A DNA stretch of 64,000 nt from Gekko japonicus (Eukaryota), in assembly GCF_001447785.1 (NCBI RefSeq), contig NW_015166542.1:23267-87266 (forward strand), written 5' to 3'. A program made the translations under genes and the position numbers. The notes under the pieces are model-generated. The model had not been told where the DNA came from. It did no database searches and saw only the letters and a list, made by a program, of their open reading frames with translations. Shown here in pieces: positions 23,901 to 34,729 of the stretch. Every line of letters starts with the position of its first letter. The first letter of the stretch is position 1.

Positions 23901-26259
23901 CTGAGCGGTGGGTGTTGCCTTCTGACACACTTCCAGTGATGTCAGGGGGTGTGGCGTATGCAAATGAGTTATGCTAATGAGCTCCTGCACCTCTTTTTCT
24001 ACAAAATGACCCCTGGGGGTCAGCCTCTTCCCAGACCAGAGTAATATATTTATTTCCTTTATTTATTTACTTATTTCCTGAGCCCTTTGGGGGGGGGGGG
24101 GGACAGTCTACAAATCAAATAAATCCAAAGCCTTTTATTGGCATATACATGAAGATACAGTCATCTAAATACAAATCGTGCAGAGTAACGTCATAGAGCA
24201 ACATCATCATAAGAGTAGCATCCTAATAAAACCTAATTCACAGTGTCACTTATCAGGCCGTGAGACCATGGCACCGCACAGAAACTTTGCTACTGTTTCA
24301 GTTATTTCTGTATCTGGAGTATCAAGCAAGAAGGGGATCTTAAAACCATCGGGGGGTCTCTAAAAATTGGGCTAATATGGGATAGCGAAGATCCCGACGG
24401 GGAGCCAGATAGAGAGGGCACTGGAGGAGGAGGACATGGGCAACAGTTTCAACACAGTCCTTCATACAAGGACAGCCCCTGCTAGGATAGGGAATCCCTT
24501 GGAATCCTCCAGATAAGATAGCGGAAGGAAGAACATTAAATATTGCCAAGGAGATGGCTCTATGCAAATATCCCACTTCTCTACCGGCTGGGGACCCAAA
24601 ATGGCTTCCTGTCCTCCATTTTATCCTCACAACAACCCTGTAAGGTAGTGTGACTGGCCCACTGTCACCCGGTGAGCTCCCATGGCAGAGAGGGGATTCG
24701 GACCCAGGTCTCCCTGTCGCCAGTCCCGCTCTCTAACCGAGACGCCACACTGGCTCTCAGCAATGGCCTTCTCGGGCGTGGGGGGGTGCATACGAATGTC
24801 CTATATCCTATTATGCTCAATGAGTTGCCGCCATTCTTAACAGAATGTCAGAACCCACAGCTTACAACGAAGTACACGCATTCAGGAACGGTTATACTTT
24901 TATTGCAAAGCTATAGATGCAGTAACACAGGTACTGTTAAGAATGGCAGCAACCCATTGAGCATAATAGGATATAGAGCATTTGTATGCACCCCCCCCCC
25001 ATGGCATGAGCCAATTAGATACCCTCCTGTGCGCGGGACCAGTGAGGAAACCGTTAGGTGGCGAAAGCTGGGAAGCAGTAGTCTCTCACGGTACATAGGA
25101 GACTTCCAGACAATACAACCTCCTCCTGCACATCTGTAGAGATAAGCATTGCAGCACAGCAGGGATAGGAATGCAACGGCAATTACCAAGACACAGAATG
25201 AACTCCCCAACCCCCATGGCAGCATAGCTGACATTCCGGCACCTCCGATTCCTGCACCACTCTCTCTCCTGTCCTAGGCTTACCTCCTGTTGGAAGAGGA
25301 TATCCAGGATCTGGTTGCCAGTGACGAGTACAGGTGAGAGGGCGAGCTGGTTCCTTGTGGGGCCCGGCCCCTGGGTATGAGGACCAGGCGGGCTTCTTGG
25401 GGGGGGGAGCAGGGGGAGGCGGTGGGCGAGTCATCCTAGAGGCTGCAAGGAGTTTTCCAGATGCGTTGCCCCAACTAGAGCAGTGGTTAAGTGCGCGGAC
25501 TCTAATCTGGGAGAGCCGGGTTTGATTCCCCACTCCTCCTCCACTTGCACCTGGTTGGATGGCCTTGGGCAAGCCGTAGTTCTGATGAAAGCTGTCCTTG
25601 AAAAAGAGCTGTTTCTGGAAAGAGCTCTCTCAGCCCCACCTGCCTCACAGGTTGCCTGTTGTGGGGAGGGGAAGGGAAAGGAGTTTGTCAGCCGCTCTGA
25701 GACTCCCTTGGGTAGTGAAGGGTGGGGTATAAATCCAATCTTTTCTTCTTGGGCAGAGCCAGTCTGATGTAGTGGTTAAGTGCGCTGACTCTAATCTGGG
25801 AGAACCGGGTTTGAATCCCCACTCCTCCTCCACTTGCACCTGGCTGGATGACCTTGGGCAGGCCTTAGTTCTGACAAGAGCTGTCCTTGAAAAAGAGCAG
25901 TTTCTGTCAGAGCTCTCTGAGCCCCACCTGCCTCACAGGGTGTCTGTTGTGGGGAGGGGAAGGGAAAGGAGTTTGTCAGCCGCTCTGAGACACCTTTGGG
26001 TAGTGAAGGGTGGGATATAGATCCAGTCTCCTTTTCTTCTTCTTCCTCTTCTTCTTCTCCTCTTCCTCCCTGCCATACCTTCACCGTCCCCTGCGGCTTC
26101 TCTTACCCCAGAGGGTCTCTTGACTTGAAACTGGAGGAGCTGAAGCCCTTTGTCCCGCCCCCGTGGATGACTGTCAAGATGCGGAAGTACATGGAGCAGC
26201 TCCGTTGCGAAGGGGAGCAGCCGCCGACACCCGCGGAGGGGGGGCTGCCCGACACCTAG
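14800..26259 (+). CDS. DNTTIP1: Deoxynucleotidyltransferase terminal-interacting protein 1 (MiDAC subunit); coding exons 14800-14873, 17209-17305, 17765-17863, 18846-18914, ~19137/19150-19193, 19805-19866, 20821-20866, 21888-21946, 22109-22169, 23354-23425, 25278-25333, 26112-26259; exon 1 missing (gap)
   Basis: Spliced peptide PWNIMIKHRLVQRRGRRSQM / FTDPVVSMDLLRAVLQP / FFQKAAGNVRENVGEDVD / AKLLFCDG / RKGRPPG / ALGMGGTRGRLYIKHPHLFK / YAADPQDKHWLAEQQHMRATGGKM / AYLLLEEDI; AG/GT boundaries in phase except at exon 6; synteny with UBE2C. Confidence 0.95.
15070..15460 (-). mobile_element. L2-type LINE 3' fragment
   Basis: Reverse tail tgtaagccgccccgagccgc...; upstream ctctggaatgagctccc segment typical of the L2 ORF2 end. 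Confidence 0.55.
16160..16795 (-). mobile_element. CR1 3' fragment
   Basis: VRPHLESCVQF...RVQKRATRMIRGLE...EKRRMRGDVIALFK plus CR1 terminus. Confidence 0.88.
17331..17630 (-). mobile_element. CR1 (TTCTTATG-tail subfamily) 3' fragment; further copies at ~21005-21660, ~41930-42465 and ~44750-45190
   Basis: Reverse complement of the 3'UTR seen at 9100-9390. Confidence 0.8.
19231..19653. mobile_element. Dimer of family-A hAT MITEs
   Basis: Units 19231-19437 and 19445-19653 joined by spacer gtccttg. Confidence 0.85.
22590..23170 (-). mobile_element. Internally deleted CR1: endonuclease segment joined directly to 3' terminus
   Basis: GVYYRPPNQ...GDCNYPDVCW...FLDSLADNFIAQKV..TRGSALLDSILAN (APE domain) directly followed by ggggggttggactagatgacc...ccaactctaacattct. 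Confidence 0.85.
23537..24015. mobile_element. hAT-type MITE family B (TIR CAGGGGTCATTT); further copies at 30321-30723 and ~36085-36470
   Basis: TIRs; degenerate 8-bp TSDs ggcatcag/ggggtcag and gctacatc/gctgcacc. Confidence 0.75.
24120..24570 (-). mobile_element. Non-LTR retrotransposon C-terminal zinc-knuckle fragment (RTE-X-like)
   Basis: FNVLPSAILSG..GIPYPSRGCPC...VETVAHVLLLQCPLY followed by an aataaa-containing tail. Confidence 0.6.
24846..25233 (-). mobile_element. Probable solo LTR
   Basis: TGTCAG...CTGACA termini, ~390 bp, AATAAA on the minus strand near one end; no clear TSD. Confidence 0.5.
25480..26065 (+). mobile_element. Two tandem Squam3-type SINEs
   Basis: Heads at ~25480 and ~25758 with (CTT)n tails. 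Confidence 0.8.
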
Positions 26260-26465
26260 GCAGCGGCTACACTGGACTTCAGGCCTTTGGCCTGCTTGAG
26301 GCGCCCACGGGGGGGGGGGGGGGGGGTGTTCCGAGCATCCCTATCCATAATGACAGACGTGTGTGGCTTCTCATCGTGATAAGGTTCAAAGGACCACTAG
26401 GTCTTAACACCATTGTAAAAGACCTCGTCTGAGTCTCCGGCTGTTACTGTAAGAATCAGGTTTTG

Positions 26466-26471
26466 AATAAA
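26466..26471 (+). terminator. DNTTIP1 polyadenylation signal AATAAA
   Basis: First AATAAA ~200 nt after the stop codon. Confidence 0.65.
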
Positions 26472-26628
26472 CATCTCTAATTGAAAATCACCTCGGCCTG
26501 AATGGGTACCTTCTCTGGCTTTGGGTGGGAGGGGAAGGGGAAGGGAAGTCTCTGGACCAATGCCCAGCAGCCACTTGGCTGTGCAGGGTGGGGGGGGGGT
26601 TTCCCTGAGCAGGAGGAGAGCTTGCGTG

Positions 26629-26830
26629 CAATGTTCCCTCTAAGCTGTGGAGTCTTGTGAGCAAAAATTCTTTGTGAGCTACTAGCCTTAAAGTTGTGAG
26701 CGAGGGATTTGGCTACTGTGTAAATTAGTTTGCTCTGGAGCCCTCCTTCCTGAGCTAGGTCAAAAATGTGTGAGCTGGAGGCTAAAAAAACTGAGCTAGC
26801 TCACACCAACTCAGCTTAGAGGGAACACTG
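26629..26830. mobile_element. Family-A hAT MITE
   Basis: caatgttccctctaagctg...cagcttagagggaacactg. Confidence 0.85.
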
Positions 26831-27542
26831 CGTTGTGTGTCTGTCTGCCAGAAGCAAATATCTGTAGCTGCCCTGTAGAAACGTAATCCGCCCTGAGCCC
26901 TGCTTGCAGGGAAGGGCAGCCTATTAAATCCAATAATAATTAGTAGTGGTCCTCTCCTTTCTTTGGGGAGGTGGACTTCCTCCAGGGCCGCCTCCGACCA
27001 GAGTGAAGAGCAATAAATTTATTTATTTGTTAAATTTATATCCCGCACCTCCCTGCCCTGGGCCCTCAGGCTGAGGCCGGCAGCCCCCGTCTCTTGGGAC
27101 TGGCGGCAGTTCTCCCAAGATCCCTCGGCTGAAGGCCTTTCACCTAACTTATGACCTGGTCCCACGAAGGGGGGCTGAACCTGGGACTTGGGGAGGGGCC
27201 ATGGCTCCGTGGTAGAAAAAGCCTCAGCTTTGCAAACAGGATGTCCCAGGTTCAATCCCCGGCATCTACATTTCAAGAGGGCCGGGCAGTCTGGGACCCC
27301 GGAGAGCTCCTGCCAGGCAGACCTGGAGGAACTCCGGGGTCAGTATGCAGGCAGTTTCATGTGTGCCTTCCTCCGAGCAGAGCAGGAGCTCTGAGCCCAA
27401 GTGGTGCTCAGTAGCTGGAGGACGGACGTTGCCATTCAAGGGCCCTTGCTTGGAATCCAGTTGGAAGTTTGTGTGTTTAGGGGGGGGGCATGCCCCAACA
27501 ACTAGAGAGGCATGGACGGTTTCCTATAATTAGCTGTTGTAA

Positions 27543-27650
27543 ATTTTCCGGGCTGTATGGCCGTGGTCTTGGCATTGTTGGACCTGACGTTTCGCCAGCA
27601 AAACGTCAGGTACTACAGTGCCAAGACCACGGCCATACAGCCCGGAAAAT
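27543..27650. repeat. Hairpin of Penelope-like terminal sequence
   Basis: attttccgggctgtatggccgtggtcttggca...cctgacgttt and its reverse complement; cctgacgtttcgccagc resembles Penelope-like element ends. Confidence 0.65.
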
Positions 27651-28414
27651 CTAAGACAAAAACATGGGAGCCGGAGGCTAAAAGACTGTGAGCTAGCTCA
27701 CACTCACTCAGCTGAGAGGGAACACTGGTCCTTGCAATGCTCCCTCTAAGCTGCGGGGTCTTGTGAGCAAAAATCCTACTTTGTGAGCTCCTGGCATTAA
27801 AGTGGTGAGCCAGCGATGTGGCTGCGGCATGAATTGGCTTGCTCTTCTGGAGCCCTCCTTCCAGAGCTAAGACAAAAACATGGGAGCCGGAGGCTAAAAG
27901 ACTGTGAGCTAGCTCACACTCACTCAGCTGAGAGGGAACACTGGTCCTTGCAATGCTCCCTCTAAGCTGCGGGGTCTTGTGAGCAAAAATCCTACTTTGT
28001 GAGCTCCTGGCAGCTGGGCATTCAAGCTGTGAGCAAGCAGTTTGGCTGCTGCATACATTAGTTTGCTCTGGAGCCATCCTGCCTGAGCGGAGACAAAAAA
28101 CGTGTGAGCCGGAGACTAAGAAACTGTGAGCTAGCTCACACTAACTCAGCTTAGAGGGAACATTAGTGGAGAGACAAGTCCGCTTTTCCCTCCGGGAAGA
28201 TCCCGTCCAAGGCTCCCTCTAAGCTGCGGAGTCTTGTGAGCAAAACTTCTGCTTTGTGAGCTCCTGGCATTAAAGTTGCGAGCGAGCGATTTGGCCGCTG
28301 CATCAATTAGTTCGCGCTGGAGCCCTCCCCCCTGAGGGAAGACAAAAACGTGTGAGCCGGAGGCTAAAAAAATTGCGGGCTGGCTCACACCGACTCCGCT
28401 GAGAGGGAACACTG
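27651..28414. mobile_element. Family-A MITE multimer (27651-28165) plus single copy (28208-28414)
   Basis: gtccttg spacers at 27728 and 27944; single copy has TSD atcccgtc/ctcccgtc. Confidence 0.85.
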
Positions 28415-28499
28415 CTCCCGTCAAGTGCGCATGCCCCGTTTCCGCCGGCCCCGGGGGGCGCGGCTTTCCCCAGCGCGACGGACTACGGACTGGTGCCCC

Positions 28500-28762
28500 A
28501 TTCCCGGAGTGACCCCCTCCGAGCGCCGGCAGCCAATGGGAGCCCTCGGCGCCCTCCCGCCGGCCAATGGCGGCGCGCACCAGGTCCGTTTCGCGAGGGG
28601 CCGCGTCCCCGCGCGCTCTCATTGGCCCGGTCGAAAGCGAGCCGGGCGCCCATTGGCCGCGGCGCAGGAGCTTTGCAACATTCAAACTCGGGCAGCTGCT
28701 GCTGCTGCTGCTGCAGAAGGAGGAGAAGGCGGAGGGCAGGGCGAAGGCAGCCGGGAGACGAC
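28500..28762 (+). promoter_or_regulatory. UBE2C CpG-island promoter with four CCAAT boxes and a CHR-like element
   Basis: CCAAT at 28533 and 28564; ATTGG at 28621 and 28652 (31-bp spacing within each pair); TTCAAA (reverse CHR) at 28681. Confidence 0.8.
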
Positions 28763-31700
28763 ATGGCCTCGCAGAACACGGACCCCGCGGCGGCGGCGGC
28801 TGCGACCCGGACCCCGCGCCGGCTCTCTGCCTACTCACGGGTGCCCTTCTCTGCCCCGCAGGCTGCAGCAGGAGCTGATGACGCTGATGGTGAGTCCGCG
28901 CTCCGCTCGGCTCCTCTCCCATCCGGGGTGGGCCCGGGGCTGGGGCGCTGCTGCTGCCGATTCCCGGGGCGCTGCCGAGAGGCCGGCCTCCCCCACCCTC
29001 GTGCTCCCGGCGGCGCAACCGGACTTTCTTTTCCGCCTAGATGTCCGGCGACAAGGGGATCTCGGCCTTCCCCGAGTCAGACAATCTCTTCAAGTGGATT
29101 GGGACCATCGACGGAGCCGCGGGGACGGTGAGCCGGGCCGGGGTTGCTGCTGCTGCTGACGCGGCTGAGTCCCTGGGCATGTGCAAAGCGCAACAGCCTA
29201 TTGCGACCAAAGGGTCTGCCCGAGGCGGCGCTTTCCTGAAGGTTCTGGGTGGTGCTTCCCAGAAAGGGATGGGGGAGGTGAGTGGGACAGCGTGGGTGGT
29301 CCAGATCCAGGCTGTTCCCAGACCCCTGTTTGGGGGGGGGGGCGCCCGGCTCTACTGCCTGGCCCTCACCTTCCCCTTCCACCCAGCAGCTGTGGTGGGC
29401 CCTCCCTATTCTCCATTCAGCCTCTTGGAAGGCCACCAGGAGAGAAGGGGGCGTTGGGGGCTCCTGGAACCGAGCCTTGGGGTGGGGGGGAGCCAAAGCA
29501 AAGGTTGCCTCCAGCCAGGTTGTCATCTGTGTTGGAAGTTTGCGTTTATCAGAGATCCTGATGACGCACTGAACAAGATGCAGACCTCAAAAGCTGTCGC
29601 CCCCCATCCCCTAGACGTCTGCCACGTCCACTTGGCTCCATTTCTTGTCTCCTGAGGTCAATTTCAGATCAGTGCCTGGCGATCCTCCAAGCCTGGTCCT
29701 CATTTCTTGCCATCTCTTAAACCATCCCGGTTAATTTTGAAAGTCTGCCTACTTGCGGGGCCTTGTTAACCCGTCTTTTTTAATGGGCAGACGTTGAGGT
29801 TTCCAGGGTGACACCTCCTTCGATGGATGGCATTTTGCTTTTGCTAACGGTAGTTTGGGGAGGGGGTGGGAGAGGGAGGCTTCCTCTGCGTCTGATTGGT
29901 GCCTGTGCTTCCCCCCCCCCCAGGTGTATGAAGACCTGCGCTACAAACTGTCTCTGGAGTTCCCCAGTGGGTACCCCTACAATGCCCCCAATGTCAAATT
30001 CCTCACCCCCTGCTACCACCCCAACGTGGACCTGCAGGGCAACATTTGCCTGGACATCCTCAAGGACCAGTGGTCAGCCCTCTACGACGTCCGGACTATC
30101 CTGCTGTCCATCCAGAGCCTGCTGGGGGGTGAGTCGGAAGCTCCTCGGCCCTGGGCGGCCCGCTTCTCGGTGCCCCGTTCAGAGGTCGAGCCCCCAGTGA
30201 GAAATCTGTGGTGATTTAATGGACACACACCCCAGCAAAGGCAGGGTTTCCTCTCATTTACTTTGAGCCCTGTCCTGTAGGCCCTCCCTGAACACACCTG
30301 GATCTGCCTTGGGCTACATCCAGGGGTCATTTCGTAGAAAAAGAGGTGCGGGAGCTCATTAGCATAACTTATTTGCATATGCCACCCCCCCTGACATCAC
30401 CAGAAATGTGTCAGAAGGCAACACCCACCGCTCAGGCGCCACTGAACTGTTTTGGATTCCTAGCTATTGGGGGGGGACATGCAGATCTGTCCTCGCAGAG
30501 GAGGGAGAGCTTGCACCTGAATAAAACTTGGTCTCAAAGGTGCCACTGGACTGTTTTGGAATGGGGGGGCGGGGGGGGGGGCTCTGCAGCTTACCTGGCT
30601 GCTTCTTGCTCTGACTGAGGGCTGCTGGGAGCAGGGGGTGGGGCTTGTTGCATGTGCCCCGCCCCCTGGGCTCTTTACTGCCAGAGCTCCGCTCCTGTGC
30701 GCTCCTACAGGAAATGACCCCTGGCTGCACCAGTCCATCCGAGTCAGGAGTGCCTCCCTCCCACTTTACGCCCATATTCTAAGAAGCCGGCGGACACGCT
30801 TCTTTGTGTCTGTATTGTCGATGCCATCGTAACTGAACATGTGGAGCTGCCTTATACTAAACCAGACTTTCGGTCCATCGCGGGCAGTATTGTCTACCCA
30901 GGCGGGCAGCAGCTCTCCGGAGTCACCGGCAGACGTCTTTCACACCACCTCCTGCCTGGTCCGTTTTACTGGCATTGCCGGGGATTGAACCTGGGACCAG
31001 CTGCGTGTTGAGCAGGTGCTCTGCCACTGAGCCACTGGCCCCTCCCAGAGTGCACACAAGAAGCTGCCTTATACTAAATCAGACCCTTGTCCACTTAGAC
31101 TGCCAGAGGTCTTTCACATCACCTATTACCTGGTCCTTTCAACTGGAGATGCTGGGGATTGAATTTGGGACCTTCTGCATGCCAAGCAGAGACTCTGCCA
31201 CTGAGCCACAGCCCCTCCCCATCTGGCGCCAGTTTGGTGTCGCGGTTAAGAGTGCAGACTCTGATCTGCGAGAACCGGGTTTGATTCCCCACTCCTCCAT
31301 ATGCAGCTGCTGCTGTGACCTTGGGTCAGTCATAAGTTCTTTCAGAGCTGTTCTCTCAAGGGCAGTTTTCTCAGAGCTCTCTCAGCCCCACCTACCTCAC
31401 AGGGTGTCTGTGGTGGGGAGGGGAAAATAGAAGAAGAAACTGATTTATACCCCGCCCTTCACTACCCAAAGGAGTCTCGAAGCGGCTTACAATCCAAGGC
31501 AGACCAACAAATAGATGATAGATTTCAGCACAGACAGACAGACTGGCCAACACTAGAGCCAGTTTTGTGTAGCGGTTAACTCAGAGCTCTCTCAGCCCCG
31601 CCTGCCTCTCAGGGTGTCTATTGTGGGGGAGGGGAAGGGAAAGGAAAGGAGATTGTAAGCTGCTCTTCTTCTTTGTAGCCCCAGGAAAAACCTCTTTTCC

Positions 31701-32977
31701 CCCATGGCTGGCTTTCCATTCATAGCGATAGAATCATCAGCTGTGGCCATGTTCTTGCTGCTTTGCGTGCCCCCCACCTACCTATGGCACACTGTCTCTG
31801 TCCTTTCTTTGCCCAATAAGCCTGAAACCAAAGTGTGGGGTGCAAGTCTTCTCTCCTGTGTAAGAGGGGAGGGAGCAGCACTGTTCCCCAGACCTAGTCC
31901 CCCCCACACACACATTTCTGAGGTTGGGGGTTCTGGGCTGGGGAGAGCTGAGCGGGCTGCCTGCTCTGACACAGCTTCTGTTTCCCACCCCCAGAGCCCA
32001 ACATTGAGAGTCCCCTGAATACAGATGCTGCAGAGTTGTGGAAGAACCAAGCAGGTGAGTCCTTGGGTCTGGGAGGGGGAGCTCAGGAGGGAGCTGGACT
32101 GCAGTGGCAGGAGGGCTCAGGCCTTGGGGGATGAGGGGCTCAGGCTTCTGGGCAGATGAGAGCTGCAGCGGCAGGGAGGGCTCAGGCGTTGGGGACTAGG
32201 GGCTCAGGCTTCTATGCAGATGAGAGCTGCAGCCGCACATGAAGAATATCACTCTGACAGATGTGTTGCAGCATAAAAAGGGGGAGCAGGGGGCTATACA
32301 GGAAGCCCCTTCCTGCCTGAACTCTTAGATCAAGGTGCCATCAGCACTTTTCCTTGGCCCCGTCAGGTGTCTTTGAAAAGCGGGCAGGGCCCAGCGGAGC
32401 TTTTGTCCAGCAAGGCTTCTGATTGGCCACTGGAGATGTGATCGGCTGCACAAATTTGGCAGTGGCCATCACCGCCGCACAAGGATCTTCACCGTGCGGC
32501 TGAAGGTCGGTCGTGGCAGCCTTTTTGTGGCTGTGCCCACTGAGCCGTGTCAGAATTGCAAACGTGCCCCAGGCTCAAAAATGCTGGGGACGCTTCCCCC
32601 ACAGTTGTTAAGGAACAGAGACTCTGGGTTTCTTGCCACCATCCCCCATGCTCGGGGGGTGGGGGTGGTGGCAGATGGCAAGCTGCTGTGCTGAGTTTCG
32701 GATACCCACTCCGCCTTGGTGACCTTGGGCCAGTCACGCACTCTCAGCCTTGCCTCCCTCACAGGGGTGTTGTGAGGGCACAATGGAGGAGAGGACACCA
32801 GCCAGGGTATATATGAACTAAAAAGTAGGTGGGCCCCGATGAGGGTTGATTTTGGGCTATGACGCCTGCCCCCTTCCCGCCACGACCCTTGAGCTGTGCT
32901 GCCTGGTTCTTCCCACAGCCTACAAGAAACGTCTCCATGAATTCTATGCAAAGCACGCGAAAAGCCCGGATCCCTGA
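28763..32977 (+). CDS. UBE2C: Ubiquitin-conjugating enzyme E2 C; exons 28763-~28802 (3' end missing), 28862-28889, 29041-29127, 29924-30128, 31995-32054, 32919-32977
   Basis: [10 protein letters not shown] / LQQELMTLM / [23 protein letters not shown] / [22 protein letters not shown]...[17 protein letters not shown] (catalytic Cys) / EPNIESPLN / AYKKRL; splice phases consistent from exon 2 onward. Confidence 0.96.
32100..32233. repeat. Minisatellite, ~65-bp unit x2 in UBE2C intron 5
   Basis: ctgcagyggcagg..agggctcaggc..ttgggg..aggggctcaggcttct..gcagatgagag repeated. Confidence 0.7.
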
Positions 32978-33119
32978 CAGGAGCCGCTGGCTGTCTCCAC
33001 CCTGGGGGTGGCTCTCTTTCCTCTTCCTGTCCCTCTCTGCGCTGACGATGAATGCCGGGTTGTATTATAAGTTGTTTTTAATTTTATTTGGCGGTTTGTG
33101 TCTTGCTGGTTAATGTATA

Positions 33120-33125
33120 AATAAA
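33120..33125 (+). terminator. UBE2C polyadenylation signal
   Basis: AATAAA followed by a GT/T-rich element, preceded by a U-rich UTR. Confidence 0.7.
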
Positions 33126-33233
33126 TGTGTGTCGTGTTTTTTTCTACCTTGGGGGCTTTTCTCGCTTGCACTGAAACCCAGAAAGGGGAGTGCAGGAGGG
33201 CTTCACACGCCCCTCCTGTGCCTTTCTCCTTTC

Positions 33234-33750
33234 ATAGAATCATAGAATGTTAGAGTTGGAACTGGGACCTTGCAGGTCATCTACTCCAGCCCCCTGCACT
33301 CTGCAGGAGCAGAGCTGAAAGAGAGCCCTACAACATACCCGAAAGATGGTCGTCCAGCCTCCTCCGCTTGAAAACGTCCAGCGAAGGAGCATCCACCACC
33401 TCCCGAGGCAGTCTGTTCCACGGCTCAACCACTCTTACAGTTAGGAAGTTTCTCCTGATATTTAGCCGGTAACGACTCCCTTGTAATTTCCACCCATTAG
33501 ATCTCGTCTTGCAATCTGGAGCAAGAGAGAATAGGTCCGCTCCATCTTCTACATGACAGCCCTTCAAATACTTGAAGACTGCAATCCTGTCCCCTCTTAA
33601 GCCTTCTCTTTCCCAGGCTAAACATGCCCAACTCTTTCAGCCTTTCCTCGTAAGACTTGGATTCCAGCCCTCTTGCCATCCTGGTTGCCCTCTTCTGGAC
33701 ACACTCAAGCTTGTCAACATCCTTCCTAAAATGTGGTGCCCAAAACTGGA
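33234..33750 (-). mobile_element. CR1 3' fragment
   Basis: YEERLKELGMFSLGKRRL...WNRLPREVVDAPSLDVFK plus terminus. Confidence 0.88.
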
Positions 33751-34729
33751 CATTTCCTTCATTAGATTTCTGCCGGTGTAAAGCGTGAGCTGCTAAGGAG
33801 AAGACTGGCCTACGGACTTAGGAGTCACAGGTGGGGGCTTCTCGGATGGTTTGCAAGACACCTGAGCCCGCTCTGCCTGTTGGCAGTGGCCCCAAATGGC
33901 TTGCTTGCTCACCCAGCAGCAACGGCAGAGTAGTATCATAGAATTACTGAGTTGGAAGGGGTCCTACAGGCCATCTAGTCCAACCCCCTGCTTAATGTGG
34001 GACCAGCCCTAGAGCAACCCTGACAAGGGTCTGTCCAGCTGCTGCTTGAAGACTTCCAGGGAGGAGGGGGAGCTCACCACGTCCCTGGGCAGCTGATTCC
34101 ACTGTGGCACAACTCTTACCGTATACCATGTCACCTTCTTATTGCTGTATCCTGTGTCACCTTCACCTGAGTGGCGGCACACTCTGCTAAGTTTTCCAGC
34201 TCCTCTTTGTCCCAGAGCGTGAGCTCATCTGTCACAAGAAGAGGAGGAGATTGGATTTATACCCCATGGCCCTTCACTGCCCAAGGGAGTCTCAGAGCGG
34301 CTTACAATCTCCTTTCCCTCCCCCTCCCCACAACAGACACCCTGTGAGCTAGGTGGGGCTGAGAGAGCTCTTGACAGAAACGGCCCTTGAGAGAACAGCT
34401 CTGAGAGAACTTGTGACTGCCCCAAGGTCACACTGGCAGCTGCATGTGGGGGGATCAAACCCAGTTCTCCCAGATTAGAGTCCGTGCTTCTAACCACGGC
34501 ACCAAACTGGCTCTCCAAGGGATGGACTACAAGCATCAGTGTGGCAGGACCTTTGGCCTGAGCATCCGTTTGCAGGCTCCAGAAGTCATGCAGGGTGTTT
34601 CCATGGGCACTCATTAGGGGGGGGGGACGCCCTGCGGGAATTGTGCCAGTGGTCCTCCCCCAGCTGCAAAGAAGAGGGAATGGCAAAGGTTTGGGCTCTG
34701 CTGGGTCTGAGGAGATGGTTTTTGTAATC

